The position numbers were made by a program, and so were the translations under genes. A DNA stretch of 64,000 nt from an uncultured delta proteobacterium. Its GTDB lineage: Bacteria > Desulfobacterota > Syntrophia > Syntrophales > UBA2185. Location: positions 64,001-128,000 of the forward strand of contig CAVOID010000005.1 of the NCBI GenBank assembly GCA_963695875.1. The letters run 5' to 3'. The notes beneath the pieces are model-generated. The model saw nothing but the letters and a program-made list of their open reading frames with translations. It made no database searches and was not told where the DNA came from. Below, one piece after another: positions 11,222 through 22,541 of the stretch; the first letter of the stretch is position 1, and every line of letters begins with the position of its first letter.

Positions 11222-11523
11222 TTTATTTCGGGTCCGATATTATCCCGCATCTGCTGCGTTTTGAGATTTCAGAAATTTCCTCAATTTTATAGTCAATACG
11301 AAAATAGACTTTACATATCCCTATTTTTCAAGGGGGGAAATTAATTTAATGGTTCCCCGCCGCAGCCTTCCCTTGAATGTTTTAATCGGGGGCGGGGAAA
11401 GATTTTCATGTCTCGTGGTGTTCCACTGGGCATGATGGTTTTCCCTGAAAGAGGAAATCCATAATAAGTTTATATCGGATTCCCACTTTCAAGAGCCTTT
11501 TTGGAACTTTTCCGAAGTCATTA

Positions 11524-11790
11524 CTATCGTGGATTCTCGGGCGATGGTTCTTGCGGCGCTACCCGTTTTTCCATTGACTCTCTCTGTTTGTCCGAATACT
11601 TCATCACTTTGTCCAGGCCCATCTCCTCCGGGGATAGCCATTCACATTTCCCTCTATAATGGTCACAAGAAAGCCCGGTAAGGCTATTGCTGATATGAAA
11701 AAATTGGTATCTGTTCGCCATCCCATAAACTAAAATAGCCAACGCAAACAACGCAAGAACCGCTACTTTAAAAAACTTGTCAAAATTCAT
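11524..11790 (-). CDS. small membrane hypothetical protein
   Basis: AGGAG RBS before ATG 11790 (MNFDKFFKVAVLALFALAIL...); one TM segment and a Cys pair. Confidence 0.6.
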   Translation of the reverse strand: MNFDKFFKVAVLALFALAILVYGMANRYQFFHISNSLTGLSCDHYRGKCEWLSPEEMGLDKVMKYSDKQRESMEKRVAPQEPSPENPR

Positions 11791-11881
11791 GTAAGCTCCT
11801 TTCGAATGCCAAAATAACTGCCAGAAATACAAGCCTCTTTGCCCGCTCTTCTCTTCATAAGTAACAACTAAAGTTTTGTCT

Positions 11882-12688
11882 TCACATGCTTTTTGAAATT
11901 GATTTATCCAATTCTCTCCTGACTGCCAATCCGAGCCTCGCCAGCACATAAGGTTTCTTAAGATATGCCCCTGCGCCCAACCCCTTAGCCTGATCGACGC
12001 GATCCGTCTCGGAAAAACCGCTCACAATTATCGCCTTCTGTTTCGGGTTGATTTCTAAAATCCTTCTGTAAGTATCCAGTCCGTCAATCCCGGGATCCAT
12101 GATCATGTCCAAAACAATGAGATCGACCCTGTTCTTTTTTACATACTTCACTGCCTCTTCCCCGTTGGGAACAGTCGTTACATTGTATTGCAGCTTATTA
12201 AGCATCTGCGTAGCGAGATCGCGCTGACCCTTTACGTCGTCCACAACCAATATGGATTCGCCGTTCCCCGTGTATTCAGACACGGACACATATATTTCTT
12301 CTTCGGATATTTCTTCTCTCGTTACCGGAAAATAAATGGTGAAGGTGCTTCCTTTTCCCTCTTCACTCTGAACGTTAATATATCCGTTATGATCTTTGAC
12401 CGTACCCCAAACTACTGCTAATCCCAATCCGGTTCCACTTCTTCCCATAACCTGCACATCCGGTAATTTGGCAAGGGTCATGAGGAACTGCCGGGTGCTT
12501 TCCACGGAACGTTCATGGTCGTATGCCAGACTTTGCAAAACTATCAGGGCATCATTCTGCGCTACCTCTATATCACTCTGCAACCGGGTTACTCCCGAAT
12601 AGATAACGATTCCGAGCGCAGGGAGCACCGATAGTAAAACCAATAGAAGCAACTGCGTTCTGATAGACCTGAAAAATGAAAATTTCAC
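11882..12688 (-). pseudogene. hybrid sensor kinase/response regulator with an in-frame internal deletion
   Basis: TM and start of the Cache domain (...LAKLPDVQV) are joined directly to the HATPase G2 box (MGRSGTGLGLAVV) and an intact receiver domain. No H-box or N-box. Confidence 0.8.
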
Positions 12689-12835
12689 ACTGCCTCCTTG
12701 ATTAAGGAACGGATATATCTTTTACACAATATACGACGTCTTGAGTTAGCATTACATTTCGTTTATGTCCAACTAAGATATTTTTTTAGATAAACTGGAT
12801 TAGAAAATCTTCATTACCGGGGGGATTTCCGTGCA

Positions 12836-13319
12836 CTAATTTTTCAAATTGATACGCCCCTCCTTAGAGAAAAGGAAAATTGCGGCTTCCGAATGCCGTC
12901 CTGACATCGGCCTTTCCCTCGATCTTGTAAGGCAGTTCATCCTCGGTGAAAATGGCCTTCAGTATTCCACCCAAGTCTTTGAACTTTGCAACGACAGGTA
13001 TCTGCACTTGTGATGTTGATGATGAGGGGATCACGAGTTCCTTTTCCAAGCGCCCGTTTCCGATTTCCTCATTTTTGAGGTGAAAGGTGTATTCGAAAGA
13101 CTTAAGCGTGAGGTCAAAATGGTTCGGATTTTGAACCTCGAGACCAAGGAGAAGATTCATTCCTGTGGAGGAATTGGGACTGAGAATGACCCCGCGAAGC
13201 ACGAAGGATGGCTTCTCCATGATCCAGCTCAGACAAGACATAAGGAGAATAGAAAGGCTAAAGAGTAGCAATACACTGCGATAAGCCCTCGCCTTCTTTT
13301 GGTCCAATTTCTTCATCAC
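12836..13319 (-). CDS. LEA type 2 (WHy) family lipoprotein (probable C-terminal frameshift)
   Basis: LLMSC lipobox-like segment, VQNPNHFDL, LPYKIEG. The natural end SKEGRINLKN lies one base out of frame after a T run. Confidence 0.8.
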
Positions 13320-13739
13320 AAATATCTGCCTTTCTTCAACAAGCGGGACAGAGACTTCTTTGGGGGTATTGTAAATTCAATAGCATTGACCCGCCATCTA
13401 ATTTATTGTTGCATGTTAAGTTAGAATTTATCTGTTTTCAATATAAATAACACTTCAGCTGTTCTTTATGATTATTTCAGTCAGTCTGTCTGTTGCGGAC
13501 CATTAAGGATCATCCTCGTATATCATTCATTAAGACCATGATACTGACTTATTAGCTGATACAATTGGGGGGATATTCAAGGCCGGAAAACTGATTGTAT
13601 TACTGGTAAAGGTTTTGAGGAGTTCTCAACTTGGAAGACCTCTAGTTCCAAACATGGTGCACGTCTTCGTGGCACATTATTACTGATGGATTAATAGACA
13701 ATCCGAAAGGCGCTAAGAAGCTCGTTCTCTATCACTGTA

Positions 13740-14054
13740 TCATATATTTATGAATGCCTCATCTCTCATGATTTGCGTACCTTGTGTCCTAGGCTTTTTG
13801 CTTTGGCTTGCATTTCCTTCCCGATTTTCAACTTTAATGAGATAATTACTTATTGATTTAGTCAAATCAGGAAATAAAAGTTCTACCTGGGATACTAAAC
13901 CATGAGACCATTCATAAATCTTTACAGATAATTTTCTGCTCGGAAACGATTTTCTTTTTTCGATGTCGTAAATATGTTGGCGGGAAACTCCAAGCTCTTC
14001 CGAGGCTTGTTTAACAGAAATATAATTTAATTTTCGATATTGATGTAAATTCAT
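13740..14054 (-). CDS. XRE/Cro-like helix-turn-helix protein
   Basis: SVKQASEELGVSRQHIYDIE...PS HTH. Confidence 0.7.
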   Translation of the reverse strand: MNLHQYRKLNYISVKQASEELGVSRQHIYDIEKRKSFPSRKLSVKIYEWSHGLVSQVELLFPDLTKSISNYLIKVENREGNASQSKKPRTQGTQIMRDEAFINI

Positions 14055-14546
14055 GTTCCTAACCCTATAAATACTCTCTCACTCCTCTGACCTTTTGATT
14101 TGTTAGTTCTCCTAACTCGCAAGATATTTTTAGGAATTTCTAATTTTGCCTATTTTATATGGGAAGAAAATCAGAAAAACAATATTAAAATGTTCATAAA
14201 TAATATTAACAAATTACTAATATTAGACGAAGATGACAGGTAGTACCGAAGGTTACGCCTTTATTAAAGCTTCTTCCACTTATTACTGATGGAAATACGC
14301 AATATTTTAACATTGTTGCTCTCGATGATTACGGAAAGGAAGGGTTATTTTAGTTATATAATTGTCACTTGAAGGCAAGTATAAAGGGTTATTAATGTGG
14401 GTGGAAATCAAGCATATAGGAAAGAAGCAAGCTCTCAGTCAAGAACTTAAGCGGGTTGAGGTGGAGCCACTATTGGCAAATAACAAGAGTTAAACCCGTG
14501 GTTCAGGTTGAAATTTAACGACCGACTGTATAAATATAGAAATTTT

Positions 14547-14582
14547 AAAAGGGCGAGATTTTAATTTCTCGTCCCCTCTTTA
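14547..14582 (-). terminator. intrinsic terminator downstream of the OsmC-like gene
   Basis: Imperfect inverted repeat GGGCGAGA/TCTCGTCCC flanked by A/T runs. Confidence 0.5.
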
Positions 14583-14593
14583 CATCTCAGGGT

Positions 14594-15064
14594 TCACGCA
14601 GCCGTTTCCTCTATTATCAGATCATCCTGAATATTTATGCACCCTATGACACTCTGAGCCGCAGGACATTTGGCCAGATAGGAAGAAAAGGATTCCCTGG
14701 CCTCGGGAACCTTGTCCTTAGGCACCTTAAGGTGATACTTGACACGAATCTGCGTGATTTTGAGAACATCATTGACGTTCTCTATGTCTCCTTCCACATC
14801 CGCCCAAAAAAGATCTTCAAAAGTGCGGATTTTCTTTCCAGCCAGCACCGTGGCCAGTGTTCCCATCATTCAGGCAGAGGTTGCCGCTACTATATGGTCG
14901 AGAGTTGCGGCATGCTCCTCGTCTGGTTCAACTTTATAAAATCGCTTGATGCCGCCATGAACACCATAATAAACCGGCTCAGAAAACCCTTCAATAATGG
15001 CTCTTCGTGTAGGCCCCTTTTCCCGGACAACTTTGACACGTGATGTGTGGACGACTTCTCCCAT
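14594..15064 (-). CDS. OsmC-like selenoprotein (in-frame UGA at 14870-14872 read as Sec)
   Basis: ORFs 14870-15064 and 14594-14869 are contiguous and in frame (...IVAATSA-U-MMGTLA...KCPAAQS). UGA sits at the OsmC catalytic Cys position and a SECIS-like hairpin follows. selD is in the window. Confidence 0.85.
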
Positions 15065-15141
15065 AATTCCCTCCTTCCTTTCAGCAAAACCATCGACAGG
15101 TTAAACGTATCGAACTTCTTAAAATAATGGAAGTTAGTTGG

Positions 15142-15179
15142 AAAAAGAGGCCATGTTCCACTAGGGAATGGCCTCTTTT
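15142..15179 (-). terminator. intrinsic terminator after the OmpA gene
   Basis: AAAAGAGGCCAT...ATGGCCTCTTTT inverted repeat. Confidence 0.75.
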
Positions 15180-15186
15180 GCAGGCG

Positions 15187-16215
15187 TTATTTCTCAATGG
15201 TATATTCTACAGCGGCTTCAACCCTCCGGTTTTTCTGTCTTCCTTCCTTGGTTGAATTGCTCGCGATAGGTTTGGAATACCCGAACCCCTTTGTCATGAG
15301 TCGAGATGGCTCGATATTGAATTTGGTTACCATGACACTTTTTATCGCTTCCGCACGCTTCTGGGAAAGATTAAGATTGTATTTCTCTCCCCCAACATTG
15401 TCTGTATGCCCTTCAATAACAATCTTCAGATCTGGATATTTCTTCATAACCTCGGCAACACTTTGAATGTCTTTATAATATTTTGGCTTTACAACTGCTT
15501 TGTCAAAATCGAACTCGACATCCAGTGTGACTCGACCTTTCTCGAGTATCTTCTGCTCTACCTCAGGTACCTTCTTCATCTCCTCTACCGGGGGCGGCGG
15601 CGGCGCAGGTTCCGGTTCCTTTACCGGAGGAGGGGGTGGTGGCGCTGGTTCTGGTTCCCTTGCCGGCGGTGGCGGTGGCGCTTTCGTCCCACCAAAATAG
15701 AATGTCAATCCCAGGGCGTATTCAAGATTATTATAGATGCTTCCCGTTGTAAGAACATACCGTACATCCGCCCGGAGGGCCAGCCAGTCGGTTATAAAGT
15801 ATTTGACACCGGGACCGATGTCAAACGCTGCCCTTGTTTTGCTCTCGAAATTGCCGGCATAGTTAATAGACATGCCGCCGACTCCGACTGCTACAAAGGG
15901 AACAAACTTGCTATCCGGCATGAAGTGGTATAGTCCTTCGAGCCTGTAATTAAACACATCGGTTGTCTTGTCCTGCGTCGGTTGATACTTGGTGGCAACA
16001 TAATCCAATACCACTTCAGCTCCCCAGTTCTTGGTGAAATCATAACCGAGCCGCAGACCATAAACCGGCCGATGATCAAGATCCTCATCACCGTCAAACC
16101 AGAAGCCGCCAAAGAACGGGGAAACCGAAAAGGCACCAGGGCGTACCTGACAAAAACCTGAAGTTGCTACTACGATGACAAAAATAAAGACAATAAATTG
16201 AATGCCTCTTTTCAT
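15187..16215 (-). CDS. OmpA/OprF family outer-membrane protein
   Basis: Signal peptide, beta-barrel, repeated Pro-rich linker (EPEPAPPPPP), C-terminal IEGHTD...NLSQKRA...NRRVE. Confidence 0.92.
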   Translation of the reverse strand: MKRGIQFIVFIFVIVVATSGFCQVRPGAFSVSPFFGGFWFDGDEDLDHRPVYGLRLGYDFTKNWGAEVVLDYVATKYQPTQDKTTDVFNYRLEGLYHFMPDSKFVPFVAVGVGGMSINYAGNFESKTRAAFDIGPGVKYFITDWLALRADVRYVLTTGSIYNNLEYALGLTFYFGGTKAPPPPPAREPEPAPPPPPPVKEPEPAPPPPPVEEMKKVPEVEQKILEKGRVTLDVEFDFDKAVVKPKYYKDIQSVAEVMKKYPDLKIVIEGHTDNVGGEKYNLNLSQKRAEAIKSVMVTKFNIEPSRLMTKGFGYSKPIASNSTKEGRQKNRRVEAAVEYTIEK

Positions 16216-16559
16216 GACAATTTGTCCCTCCTTTCTGAGATTAGGTTAATCAATTAAATACAGGATCATCCAAAAACTAACAGAGCCTCTTATAGTGGTG
16301 ATGATGTCTGAGATTTCTAATAATTAATGGACTCCTGAACAGAATATACGCAATACACGATGTATGGTGATTTGCCCGTTTTTTCTGAATCATGCAGCAG
16401 TAAATTGTGATTACAATTTTATAATTTAACAATAAAAGAATATGAAATTGTGAAATGACGAACAATCAGGAAGACCCTGGTTTGAGGCTTCTAAAAACCT
16501 TAGAACACATTTTTTTATGGCAATGAAATTAGGCTTATATTTTTAAAGGTCTCAAGGGA

Positions 16560-18279
16560 CTACCGGATGTCCGGCAGAAAGGCAACAGCCCATGTCCCGG
16601 GGCCCATGTGTGCGCCCGAGGTAAGAGACAGAGGATGTACGATGATCCGGGCTTTTGGATAGCTCTTCGCCACGTCGTTCCTGACGTCATCCACCCATGG
16701 GCGGTTGTCTGAATATTCCAGCATGATCAGGGCCTTCTCTTCCGTATGAAGGGATCGTCCCATGGCTTCCATAGCAAAACGCAGTTGCTCTTCCCGGTTC
16801 CGTACAACGCCCACCTTGCAGGCGCCCTCGGGCATGGGACTTACGATGGGTTTCATGCGGAGCATGTCGCCGAAGAAGGCCCCCGTTTTTGAGAGCCGCC
16901 CTCCGGCAGCCACGTATTCGAGGCGGTCAAGGAACACATACTCCTCGCAACGGGTCATGGCCTGCCGGGCGAAGTCTACAACTTGCTCAGATTCGCGGGC
17001 CTCAAAGGCATAGGAAGCCGCAGCCAGAGCGAGCACTCCGAGACGCCCCGAGGCCGCGCCGGTGTCAATTACTGTAAGGCGGTCCTCCGGATCATGCCCC
17101 CGTTTCCAGTCCATGACTACGCCGTAGTTCCCCGTAAAGGCCGATCCGACGCACAGGTAAAGAACATGCGAATGAAGGCTCATGACGCTTTCATAGATCT
17201 GGTGACGCTCGAAGACGGAGGCCTGGGCGGTTGTCACCCGCGCTCCTCTCCGCATGGCGCCGTAAAGTTCTTCCGGACGGAAATAGGTCTCCGGCAGAGA
17301 GCGTTCACCGATGGTGATGTAGCTGTCCAGGAGACTGATCCCCAGGGTCTTTGCCTCCTGTCTCGTCAGCGAACCTGCTGCATCGGTCATGATATGGATG
17401 ACGGGTTCCGGCTGCGTGCTGCCGAAGGCGGATGTCTGACGATACAGGTCATCCTCCGCCCAATCGATTACCTGGCCGAAGCCTGGCTAGCTTCCGGCGG
17501 GCATCCTCCCGGTCCGGGTGTGGAAATGGACCTTCAGATAAGCAATCTTCCCGGGTCACAACAACGGACTTGCCGAGGGACGCGAGCATCTGCCCGTCAT
17601 CTTTCACATCTTTTTCAGTGTGAAGAACCGTGTCCACGCAGTAACCGGTTTCCGGATCCTCACCATAGGATGGCGATACCTGCAGTCTATCCCGAAAGGC
17701 CTCCGTTACTGTACGGAAGGGTATCCGGCCACTCTGCTAGGATATGGAAAAATCCCTCGAAGTAAAGGAACATGCCCAGGGCGCCGGCATCCACTACCCC
17801 GGCCTTACGGAGCTTGGGCTGCTGGTCCGTCGTGTCCCGGACAGCGGCTTCCAGATGCATCAGAACCTCGGCGATGTCGATCGGGGCCGGAGATGGCATA
17901 GGCGTCGGAAAGAACTGCCGCCAGGGCATCAAAGAAGCTCAGCATCGTCCCCGGCCGGGGATCGGGCACAGCCTGCCATGCGTGATCGCGCCCCAGCCGG
18001 ACGGCATCTGTTAGGCATTTCCCGAGAGTTGGTCTGAATGAAATACTGGAAGAACCAGGAAGCGATGTTTCCCGAATTTCCCCGGGCCGAAAGGAGAAGA
18101 TCACGGGAAAGGGCCTGCATATCCCGGTCGGGCCGGCGGAGCGGCGCTAAGCTGATGACGAGGTTACGGCCTGTGTCTCCATCGGCAATGGGAAAGACAT
18201 TGATCCGGTCCAGGAGATCCGCCCAGGCCGTGAGGCGCTCGACGCCGGCGACAAGGGCCTGCCGGAAATCTTCCATCAT
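16560..18279 (-). CDS. DAK2-DegV fusion (fatty acid kinase FakA/FakB-like), multiply frameshifted
   Basis: N-terminal INVFPIADGDTGRNL, ARGNSGNI, RPGTML and VVDAGALG (DAK2). C-terminal TDAAGSL, TTAQAS, IDTGAASG, GGRL and AHMGPG (DegV). Spread over several frames. Confidence 0.8.
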
Positions 18280-18336
18280 GGCTTAAAACCAGGAGTCTGC
18301 CGGATCTCATGCCATTTCGAATCATGGAACATCATG

Positions 18337-19888
18337 TTATCTCCTGAACAGGTCTGATTCGGCGATGGCACCGGCAAGCCGTTCGATGTCCGTGTCCATC
18401 TCGCGATCTTCCAGGAGCGCTTCCGACAGGGACCGAATCTGTCCGATAAGGGCGAGAAGCAGCGGCCTGACATCGAGGTTCCCCCGGATCTCACAGCCCT
18501 GGGCGGCGGCGAGGAGATGGATGGCCAGAACCCGTTCCGTCAGGGTGCAGATCCGTTCCGCATCCCGGGCGGCGATGGTCCCCATACTGACCTTGTCCTG
18601 ATTGTGGGATTCCGTGGAACGCGAGAAGGAAGCAGCAGGCATGGTCAGTTTCAAGCGCCTCCGCCGCCAAGGCCGACGTGGACAGGGACATGGCCTTGAA
18701 TCCATGGTGAAAGACAGAGTCCTCTCCCGCAACCCGCACCAGGTCTGCCGGGAGTCCCCGGTTGAGAAGGGGATCCACCAGGAGGGCCACCTGCCGGTCC
18801 GACATGTCCGCTACGGAGGCCAGGGCCGCCTTCAGGGCATCCATGGCAAAGGCCATATGACCGCCGTAGAAATTCCCGCTCATGAGCGGCTGACCCGTTT
18901 CCGGATCGAAGATGGGGTTGTCATTGGCGCTGTTCGCCTCCGTCTCAACCCACTGCCCGAATCCATGTCAGGGCATCATAGAGAACCCCGACGATCTGCG
19001 GGGCGCACCGGAGGGAATAGGGATCCTGCAAGGCTCCCCGGGCGTGGGATTCAAGATCGCCGTTATTTGTATCTACCTGGAGCAGCTCCGTCAGCCGCCT
19101 GGCGACGTGGATCTGCCCCGGAAAGGGTTTTGCCTCACCGATGGCGGGATGGAAGTGGAGGAATTTACCTTTCAGGGCATGCACGGTGAGGGCCGTGGCA
19201 CAGATGGATGCATCAAGGATCCGCCCCGCTCTCTCCACGGCGAGAGCGGCTATTCCCGTCATGGTGGACGTGCCGTTCATCATGGAGATGGCCTCCTTAG
19301 GCGCAAAGGCATACGGAACAAGGCCCGCAAGTTTCAGTGCCTCTGGCGGCGGGCATGCGCTCGCCCCGGTAGAAAACCTCCCGCTCACCCGTCAGGGCCG
19401 CCGTCACGTAGGACATAGGGGTCAGGTCCCCGGAAGCCCCCACGGATCCCTCACAGGGAACGACGGGTGTAATGCCGTGGTTGAGAAATGCTGCCAGCCT
19501 CTCCAGAAGCCCTAAAGATACACCGGAATACCCCGCGGCCAGACAGAGGAGGCGGCAGAGCATCGCCGCCCGTGTGGCGGGAACGCTGATAGGCTCGCCG
19601 GTACCGCAGCCATGAAACCGGATGAGATTGGCTCCCCTGTGCTTCCGCACCTGGTCTTGCTTCAGGCGCTTGCCGCAGGATCTTGCCAAAACCCGTAGAA
19701 ACACCGTAGACGGGAATTCCATCACGAATGGCATTATGGAGCATGGCCTCACTCCGGCGGATCCGCTCCTGGAAGGATCGCTCCCGGCTGAGCTTCACCG
19801 AAGCTTTTCCCCGGGCCACGGCAACGATCTGCGAGAGTGTCACCGGCCCCTCGCCAATAATAACTTCTTCGGTAACACGTCGCTTCAT
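18337..19888 (-). CDS. aromatic amino acid ammonia-lyase (HAL/PAL/TAL, MIO-dependent), multiply frameshifted
   Basis: VYGVSTGFG, NLIRFHGCG, GSVGASGDL (ASG MIO triad), MMNGT, QDPYSLRC, GNFYGGH, HNQDKVSMG. Confidence 0.88.
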
Positions 19889-21165
19889 GACTGACCTCCG
19901 GAGATCTCTTCCATTTGTCCCAAACCGGCGGGTCATCAGTTCCCGCCTGCGGCCACGGTATGTGCCGTCGGCCTTCTCCTTTTCCATGACCTTCTGCAGG
20001 AGCTTGAACATCTTGTATGTCTGGGGCTCATCCCGATAGAATGTGTCCCAGGCATAGGTGTAGAGCTCCTGGAGTTTCTCCGGCGTCATATGTCAGGGCT
20101 GGAAGACCACCTTGTCCGCCGTGTAATCGTTCCAGTCGTAGGAGAGGATGCGCCCGGCCCGGTGCAGGTCATCGAAGGCCCGGGTGTGGGGAAAGGGCGT
20201 GAGGATGGTGAATTCAGCAAGGTCCAGGTTGATCTCCATGAGAAAATCCACAAGCCGCCGGATGTCGTCCTCCGTATGGTCATCGAGACCCAGGAGGATC
20301 GTCCCCTCCACGGCGATGCCGTGGTCATGGTAGCGTCGGATACGCTCCCGGATATAGTCCGACGTATCGAAAATAGCCTGATAGACGTACCAGGCCCCCG
20401 CCCGGGCGGCCAGATCAAGAATCTCGTCGTCATCCTCGATGGGATGGCAGCACCATTTCTTCTTCAGGGGGATCATGGCTCTAAACAATTCACGTTCCCA
20501 ATCCTTGTCCTGGGCTAGAGAATTGTCCACGATAAACAGGCGGTTGTTGTCGATTGCCGCCAGTTCCTCCACCACCTTGTCAATGGGACGGGGACGGAAC
20601 TTCCTCCCTCCCAGAAACGCTACGCAGCAGGGATAGCAGTTGAAGCGGCATCCCCGCGACGCATGCACGAGATCAACCATCTGCACACCCTTGTAATAGT
20701 AAAACTCGCGTTTTAATATGTCTCTTCTCGCCGTTCCGATGGATGCTGCGGGGGGAAATCCATCAGGTAATCATATAGCTTCTGCAGCCTGCCGTTTCTG
20801 AAATCACGGAAGACACTCTCCATCCTGCCTTCCGCCTCACCGAGGAAGACGGCATCGGCATGCAGCATGGTTTCCTCTGCGTGAAGCATCGTCGCGATAC
20901 CGCCGAAAATAACCTTGATTCCCCTCTGCCTGTACCTGTCGGCAATCTCCCAGCCTCGTTTTATCTGGCTGGTCAGCATCATTGATATACCTACGAAATC
21001 CGGGGAATCATCAAAGTTGACGGATTCCACATTTTCATCGATAAAATCGACTTCCACTTCATCGGGCAGCGTCGCAGCAAAGACAACGGGGCCGTGTGGC
21101 GGAAGGTGAAATTCCGTCTGCCTTTCCAGCTTCTTCCATTTCGGGTAGATTAGTTTAAATTTCAC
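19885..21165 (-). CDS. B12-binding radical SAM protein, frameshifted
   Basis: N-terminal cobalamin-binding-like domain (FIDENVE, IFGGIA, VFLGEAE); SRGCRFNCYPC CxxxCxxC motif; LTPFPHT. Confidence 0.85.
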
Positions 21166-21189
21166 ATCTGCTTCCTGATTTTTTTACTT

Positions 21190-21903
21190 TTATTCATCAT
21201 CCGGTGATTCCCCGGGGTGTAACCGTATCACCCCGGCTGAAACCGGTTCCGCATTGATCAACGTCAGAAGCAGCGAATAGTCCCATGAGTCGAAAGCAGT
21301 CAGTTTAACCGATGCCGGAATCCAGTCCTTTACAGAAGATGCATTTACCCTCCGAATAGTTTCATGGCTGTCACTATATACTCCGATCTCCCATGAATTA
21401 TCTTGACTTACGATCACATCGATAACCTTGCCCTGACTTCCGTCATACCGGCAGATCGTTGATCTATCTTCAAGCACGCCGGCACTTGAAAGCCGACCCT
21501 GCGGGGCAAGTAAGATGAGACGGACATCCTCCATCAAGTACTTGGCAAAATGTTTGGCATTAAATGGCGGCACTGCCCGCTTCACGCACACTTCTTTCCC
21601 ATATTGTGCGTCAAACAAAACAAACCCCTCGATGGTCATGATTACGCTATGGATCGTCTCAGATGCCGGATCAATAATAGTCACACCCACAACCGTTCCT
21701 GCCCCGCCGCCGGGGAGTGTCACCTCAATAGCATGGACAAAGCGATAGGGGATATCGACGAATGGCTGATGACAGCGCCGCATGATATCCGGCAAAACCG
21801 CCTCATCCACAGGTTTAATGATCGGCAGCCTGCTGCACGAGATGAGGAAAAGAATCAATATTAATATGAGGAACCGGCGTATGGGCAACATACAACTCTT
21901 CAT
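21190..21903 (-). CDS. lipoprotein of unknown function (LolA-adjacent)
   Basis: LISC lipobox; overlaps the stop of the LolA-like gene. Confidence 0.7.
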   Translation of the reverse strand: MKSCMLPIRRFLILILILFLISCSRLPIIKPVDEAVLPDIMRRCHQPFVDIPYRFVHAIEVTLPGGGAGTVVGVTIIDPASETIHSVIMTIEGFVLFDAQYGKEVCVKRAVPPFNAKHFAKYLMEDVRLILLAPQGRLSSAGVLEDRSTICRYDGSQGKVIDVIVSQDNSWEIGVYSDSHETIRRVNASSVKDWIPASVKLTAFDSWDYSLLLTLINAEPVSAGVIRLHPGESPDDE

Positions 21904-22541
21904 CCCACTTCCCGAAACAACGACTCACTGATCTTCCCGTTAATCTGCACGTCTGCAAATTCAAAGAGAGTATAATTCCCCTCACTTTCTATAATCTTTA
22001 CATATTTGATAACACCCGGTCGGTCAGGTGATAAGGTTATCTCGATACGCGCTATCATGGACGACAGCCCTCTTTCCTTCGGCGTAAGGATAATCTTGGG
22101 CCCCTTTCCCCCTTTCAGGGTCGCCGAGAAATTTTCATTCGCGGTGAACTGCCCGGTGCTCCACCGGCTGATCTCCTGAAGAACGATTTGCATTGACTCA
22201 AGGGACCCGCCTTTATCCTCCACGAGACCCCTGCTCCCTGCGGTATACCGTCTGATGTCTCCCTTACGCATGAGAAGAATACTTCTTATGGGAGATGTAT
22301 ATTCCCATCTGACCGAATCGGGTGCCTGAAAATAAAAAAGCCCCTTTGAGACAAGGGGTCTGGTAAGGATCTGCATGTGTTTTTCCTGAGAGAAGTGAGC
22401 GCTCACAGATTTTATCTTCGCCGATTCCCTCCGGATATCCTCCCAGTTATCAGCCCACCCCAGCGTGATTGCACAGGAAAGAAATACCCCTATGAGGAAC
22501 ACACCTCTTTTTGCTCTGCCCTTTGTCGTCATGAAATACAT
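21900..22541 (-). CDS. LolA-like outer-membrane lipoprotein/lipid carrier
   Basis: SAHFSQEKHM...SKGLFYFQAPDSVRWEYTSP. Confidence 0.85.
   Translation of the reverse strand: MYFMTTKGRAKRGVFLIGVFLSCAITLGWADNWEDIRRESAKIKSVSAHFSQEKHMQILTRPLVSKGLFYFQAPDSVRWEYTSPIRSILLMRKGDIRRYTAGSRGLVEDKGGSLESMQIVLQEISRWSTGQFTANENFSATLKGGKGPKIILTPKERGLSSMIARIEITLSPDRPGVIKYVKIIESEGNYTLFEFADVQINGKISESLFREVG

Noticed and set aside
15585..15685. GGCGGT/GGCGGC repeats as a possible VNTR or array
   Set aside because: They encode the Pro-rich OmpA linker.
16402..16419. Palindrome AAATTGT-GATT-ACAATTT upstream of ompA
   Set aside because: AT-rich context and no assignable regulator; it could be chance.
19451..20089. Apparent radical SAM-ammonia-lyase fusion ORF
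   Set aside because: A GGAGG RBS and an ATGA-type overlap precede the lyase ATG at 19888 and the region is full of indels, so the read-through is most likely a frameshift artefact.
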